The notes beneath the pieces were generated by a model that was not told where the DNA came from, searched no databases, and saw only the letters and a list, made by a program, of their open reading frames with translations. Of a stretch of 64,000 bases of DNA, positions 60,230 to 64,000 are shown one piece after another (within the stretch, counting starts at the first letter, position 1; every line of letters begins with the position of its first letter). This stretch comes from an uncultured bacterium (GTDB lineage Bacteria; Patescibacteriota; Minisyncoccia; Phycocordibacterales; GWA1-40-21). The stretch covers positions 2,311 to 66,310 of the forward strand of contig CAINLW010000009.1 of NCBI GenBank assembly GCA_903850545.1, read 5' to 3'. The translations under genes and the position numbers were made by a program.

Positions 60230-61843
60230 ATGAAGCAGCTTACAAAAACAGATTTTATATCATACAAAGAGTGTCCAAATAATGTTTGGATAAAATGGCA
60301 TATGCCGGAAGAATATGCAAAATTTCCTGTTTCTGAATTTGAACAATCGCTTGGAGAAATGGGAAATGAGGTTGAAGAATTGGCGCGTGATATGTTTCCA
60401 AATGGCTATTTAATTGAAAAAAGAAGCGAGGGCGCACAGGAACTCACGATGAAGTTGATGAGCGAGCATACGCCCATCATTTATCAGGCAGTGTTTAGTA
60501 CTGACAAATATTTAGCTGCAACAGATGTTATACACTGGAATGAAAAAGCTAGTGCTTATGACCTTTATGAAATTAAAATGTCTTCTACAGAAGGCGAGGA
60601 CCTGCCTGCGCAGGCAGGCGAAATAACAGATGATAACACTCCGCCAAAAGTAAATAAAAAAAGAGAAACTCAATATGAGTATGACCTCGCATTTCAAACA
60701 AATGTCGCTAAACTTTGTGGTGTAAATTTTAATAAAAAATATCTTGTTCGACTAAATAAAAAATATGTAAGAAGTGGGGAATTAGATTTTTCTAAATTAT
60801 TCGAAATAACAGATAAAACTGAAGTATTAAATGACATTTTTCTTTCTGTGACATCAACAGAAATGAATTCGGCTTATGAATATCTTTCAAACACGAAACA
60901 ATCCATTAAAAGGTGTCCGTGTTATTACAAAGGACGTTCGTCACATTGCACAACTTTTAGTATCAGCAACCCTGACGTGCCCATATACAGTGTTCATGAT
61001 TTAAACAGAATTGGAAATAGTAAAAAATATTTAAGTGAGCTTTTAAATGAAGGTGTAATGGAAATAGATAAAGTTCCAGAAGACGATAGGCTAAAACCAA
61101 AACAAAAGAAAAGTGGAGAACTAAGCAAGCCTAAAAAATTAAACCAAGTCAGAGTTTATAAAACAAAAGAACCCATTGTCGATATAATTTCTATTAAAAA
61201 AGAACTGGATTCACTAAAATATCCTTTGTATTTTTTAGATTACGAGACCTCACCTCGAGCAATTCCTCTCTATAATGGTTATCGTCCGTACCAACATGTA
61301 GTTTTTCAATATTCATTGCATATTTTAAAAAACAAAGATGCTAAACTTGAACATAAAGAATGTTTGATACTTGATGGGGATCCTGCTGAAAGATTGGTTG
61401 CAAGTTTAAGAAATGCTATTGGAGAAACTGGAAGTGTTATTTCTTGGTATAAAAGTTTTGAAAATTCTCGTAACAAAGAATTGGCAAATTTAGTGCCAGC
61501 TCAATATGATTTTCTTTACAGTGTCATCAATCGCACATATGACCTAATGGACATCGTCGATAAGCAATACTTTGTTCATCATGGTTTCAAAGGAAGTTCA
61601 TCGATTAAAAAAATACAGCCGGTTATTGCTCCAGATTTTTCATACAAAGAACTTGATGTACACAATGGAACAGACGCGATAGAGGCTTATAGACAAATAT
61701 CTAGCGGTGAATTAGTTGGTAAAGATGCTGAAGAAAAAAGACTGGCAATGCTTAAATACTGCGAATACGATACTAAAATTATGTATATAATATGGAAATA
61801 TTTCACTGATTTGATTGAAAATGAGCTTTTGCCAGATAAATAG
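60230..61843 (+). CDS. DUF2779-like RecB-family nuclease fusion
   Basis: YEIKMSS, YDLAFQ, LYFLDYET, FQYSLH, SSSIK, LKYCEYDT. Confidence 0.85.
   Translation: MKQLTKTDFISYKECPNNVWIKWHMPEEYAKFPVSEFEQSLGEMGNEVEELARDMFPNGYLIEKRSEGAQELTMKLMSEHTPIIYQAVFSTDKYLAATDVIHWNEKASAYDLYEIKMSSTEGEDLPAQAGEITDDNTPPKVNKKRETQYEYDLAFQTNVAKLCGVNFNKKYLVRLNKKYVRSGELDFSKLFEITDKTEVLNDIFLSVTSTEMNSAYEYLSNTKQSIKRCPCYYKGRSSHCTTFSISNPDVPIYSVHDLNRIGNSKKYLSELLNEGVMEIDKVPEDDRLKPKQKKSGELSKPKKLNQVRVYKTKEPIVDIISIKKELDSLKYPLYFLDYETSPRAIPLYNGYRPYQHVVFQYSLHILKNKDAKLEHKECLILDGDPAERLVASLRNAIGETGSVISWYKSFENSRNKELANLVPAQYDFLYSVINRTYDLMDIVDKQYFVHHGFKGSSSIKKIQPVIAPDFSYKELDVHNGTDAIEAYRQISSGELVGKDAEEKRLAMLKYCEYDTKIMYIIWKYFTDLIENELLPDK
60601..60618. 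repeat. 18-bp perfect palindrome in frame within DUF2779 gene
   Basis: Identical to 56376-56393. Confidence 0.9.
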
Positions 61844-62017
61844 GGATTTGTACCAAAACCTCACAAAAAGGCCCAAATTAGGCCAAATATTGCGTATTAG
61901 AGGCATAATTTACTCAAAATTCATCAATTAAAGTGGTTTGACCAAAGGCCAAACCGCTTTTCTGTTTTTTAAAAAAATTAAACATTTACTTACCTTGAAT
62001 CACGAATCTCCCTTTTC

Positions 62018-62192
62018 TGTCATCCTCGCTTCGGCAGGGTTGAAGTTGGGATGGGACCCAACTTCAAGGACGGACTGAGCGGAGGCGAAGGAGTCGGGGT
62101 CGCGAGATTTTTCAGCTGAAAAATACTTGTGATCCAGATTAATTGAATTAAAATGCGATACAACCTGGATCCCCGCATCCGCGAGGATGACA
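62018..62192. repeat. REP-like element with nested palindromes
   Basis: Terminal IR tgtcatcctcgc/gcgaggatgaca; internal ttgaagttggg/cccaacttcaa and gatccag/ctggatc. Confidence 0.75.
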
Positions 62193-62217
62193 ATTCGGAG
62201 AGTTTCGTAATTCACAG

Positions 62218-63009
62218 TTACTTAACTATCAAATCCAAAATATCTTTTACGTTTTGTAATGGTAACGCACCATTTATAACAATCTTTTTGTTTGAATCTG
62301 AAACTGAAACAAAAACATTACCGTCGCTATCAATCAAACTATTTTTAGAAATATATTCATCTATTTGGTTTTTTACTTCTGAGGTTATAGATGTTTTTAA
62401 TAAAATAACATTATAAGGAGTAGATCGTGCTCCAGCATTTACACCATCTTGAAAATTTTCTGCAACAAGATTCGCATATTTACCAGAATTTAAACATTCA
62501 TTAAATTTTGTAACATCAATACCAACATTTTTTGCAAATTCAGGAAGTTTACTAGCATCAAGTCCATTGTTGGAAGGAGTATTGGCATAAATCATATCCA
62601 ACATTTTCCAAAAAGTAGTATTTCCACCTAGTTCATTCGCACATTCCGTAGATTCAGCTTCTTTTCTTGATTTTGAATGTAATTCATCAATGGGAAAATG
62701 TCTATATACCCAAGCAACTTTTCCTTCTTTTCCGTATGTGTTCATAATATTTTGCATTGTGTTTTGAAATATTCTACAAAAAGGACACTCGGTGTCAGAA
62801 AATTCTACAATAACTGCCTCAGCATTCGGGTTACCTAAAATATGATCAGTACTTGATACTGGATTAATATTAATATCTGATTGAAAAGAAGAATTATTAT
62901 TTACCAAAGATGGCTTATTATTTTTAGAATAATAAATTCCACCAGCAACCATAAGGCCGATAAAGATAATAAAAGCTGGAATATAATAACTGTTTTTTGA
63001 TTCCTCCAT
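62218..63009 (-). CDS. DsbA family thiol-disulfide oxidoreductase
   Basis: N-terminal TM, EFSDTECPFC, YRHFP, STP. Confidence 0.92.
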   Translation of the reverse strand: MEESKNSYYIPAFIIFIGLMVAGGIYYSKNNKPSLVNNNSSFQSDININPVSSTDHILGNPNAEAVIVEFSDTECPFCRIFQNTMQNIMNTYGKEGKVAWVYRHFPIDELHSKSRKEAESTECANELGGNTTFWKMLDMIYANTPSNNGLDASKLPEFAKNVGIDVTKFNECLNSGKYANLVAENFQDGVNAGARSTPYNVILLKTSITSEVKNQIDEYISKNSLIDSDGNVFVSVSDSNKKIVINGALPLQNVKDILDLIVK

Positions 63010-63142
63010 AATTTGTTAGATAATTATAACACGTAAATTTTATTTTAAATAATAAAATATTTAAATTTATTCAATACAAACTTAAAAACAATCAGTATAT
63101 TTCATCTTGCAAAAGTTTTAATTTTCGTGTAGTATATTTCTC

Positions 63143-63460
63143 ATGGAATTCGCAGTTATAAAAACAGGTGGAAAACAATACAAAGTTTCAAAAGGTGATT
63201 CTATAAAGATAGAAAAGCTTTCTGATACTGCTAAAGTTGGTGATAAAGTCGCTTTTGAAGAGGTGTTGTTGGTAGATAATGGAAAAGATACTACAGTTGG
63301 TGCACCGTTCATAAAAGGAGCAAAAGTTGAAGCAACAATAGCTGAAATAGGAAAACTTCCAACGGTTACTGTAATTCATTACAAACAGAAGAGCAGATAC
63401 TTCAAGAAAAACGGACACAGACAACCATTCTTCAAAGTCACAATCGATTCAATAAAGTAA
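63143..63460 (+). CDS. rplU: 50S ribosomal protein L21
   Basis: AVIKTGGKQYKV, GHRQ. Confidence 0.98.
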   Translation: MEFAVIKTGGKQYKVSKGDSIKIEKLSDTAKVGDKVAFEEVLLVDNGKDTTVGAPFIKGAKVEATIAEIGKLPTVTVIHYKQKSRYFKKNGHRQPFFKVTIDSIK

Positions 63461-63479
63461 AAATAGAACACATAAATTC

Positions 63480-63511
63480 AAAAAAGTCGCGCATTTTAAG
63501 CGCGACTTTTT
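63480..63511 (+). terminator. Terminator after rplU
   Basis: aaaaagtcgcgc/gcgcgacttttt. Confidence 0.85.
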
Positions 63512-63594
63512 ATTTTTAATTTGATAAAATATTGTAGTATTTAAATTTTCGTAGGATTTCGTTATTATTCGTAGTTTTTATTTTCGCATATTAA

Positions 63595-64000
63595 ATGAAA
63601 AGCAAATCTCATAAATACATCTTTGTTATTGGAGGAGTTATGTCAGGTGTCGGTAAAGGTATTGCAACTTCTTCCATCGGAGCAATTCTACAGTCAAAAG
63701 GTTTTGTTGTGAATCTTCTAAAAGCCGATCCATATTTAAATGTGGACGCAGGTACCATGAATCCAGTTGAACACGGAGAGGTCTTTGTTCTTGATTCTGG
63801 ACTCGAAACAGATCAAGACATGGGAAATTATGAAAGATTTTTAAACAGAAGTCTTTCAGGAGATGATTACATAACATCAGGAATGGTTTACAAACATGTT
63901 ATTGATGCCGAAAGAGCTCTCAAATATGGTGGAAAATGTGTTGAAGCGATTCCACACATTAGAGACGAAATAGTTCATCGTTTTGAGAAATCTGCAAAAG
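63595..64000 (+). CDS. pyrG: CTP synthase, truncated by window edge (absent from ORF track)
   Basis: KYIFVIGGVMSGVGKG, DPYLNVDAGTMNPVEHGEVFV, ETDQDMGNYERF. Confidence 0.97.
   Translation, partial: MKSKSHKYIFVIGGVMSGVGKGIATSSIGAILQSKGFVVNLLKADPYLNVDAGTMNPVEHGEVFVLDSGLETDQDMGNYERFLNRSLSGDDYITSGMVYKHVIDAERALKYGGKCVEAIPHIRDEIVHRFEKSAK

Noticed and set aside
8912-62416. Short track ORFs at 8912, 14924, 25372, 42847, 62000 and 62153, and antisense ORFs inside long genes
   Set aside because: They overlap tRNA, repeats, structured RNAs or well-supported opposite-strand genes and show no protein motifs
1-64000. Alternative genetic code (TGA=Gly), CRISPR arrays, introns/inteins, reverse transcriptase
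   Set aside because: Conserved genes are full length in code 11, and no such signatures were seen

Overview
AT-rich bacterial chromosome segment in genetic code 11. Gene content and style point to a Patescibacteria/CPR (Parcubacteria-like) genome; this is inference from short Zn-module-less DnaX, compact RpoB/RpoC, SD-less housekeeping genes and CPR-type palindromic repeats. Core genes: def (partial), dusB, dnaX, purA, ITPase, pgl-gnd-zwf, tRNA-Gln(UUG), U32, dinD, rpoB-rpoC-dnaG-rpoD, rplU, pyrG (partial). At ~23.2-35.2 kb is an integrated element with a large serine recombinase, a ParB-methylase/TerS/TerL module, no recognisable portal, capsid or tail genes, nuclease-like cargo and a tRNA-like RNA. 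Main unexplained signals: (i) four intergenic sigma70 promoter -> structured RNA -> terminator units (~180, ~320, ~455, ~140 nt), two with anti-Shine-Dalgarno apical loops; (ii) about seven orphan gene cassettes with strong SD sites and mostly their own promoter and terminator, whereas core genes have no SD; (iii) an identical 18-bp palindrome inserted in frame (LPAQAG) in two proteins; (iv) composite REP-like elements whose core is inverted between copies. All calls are from motif reading by eye; no searches or folding programs were run.
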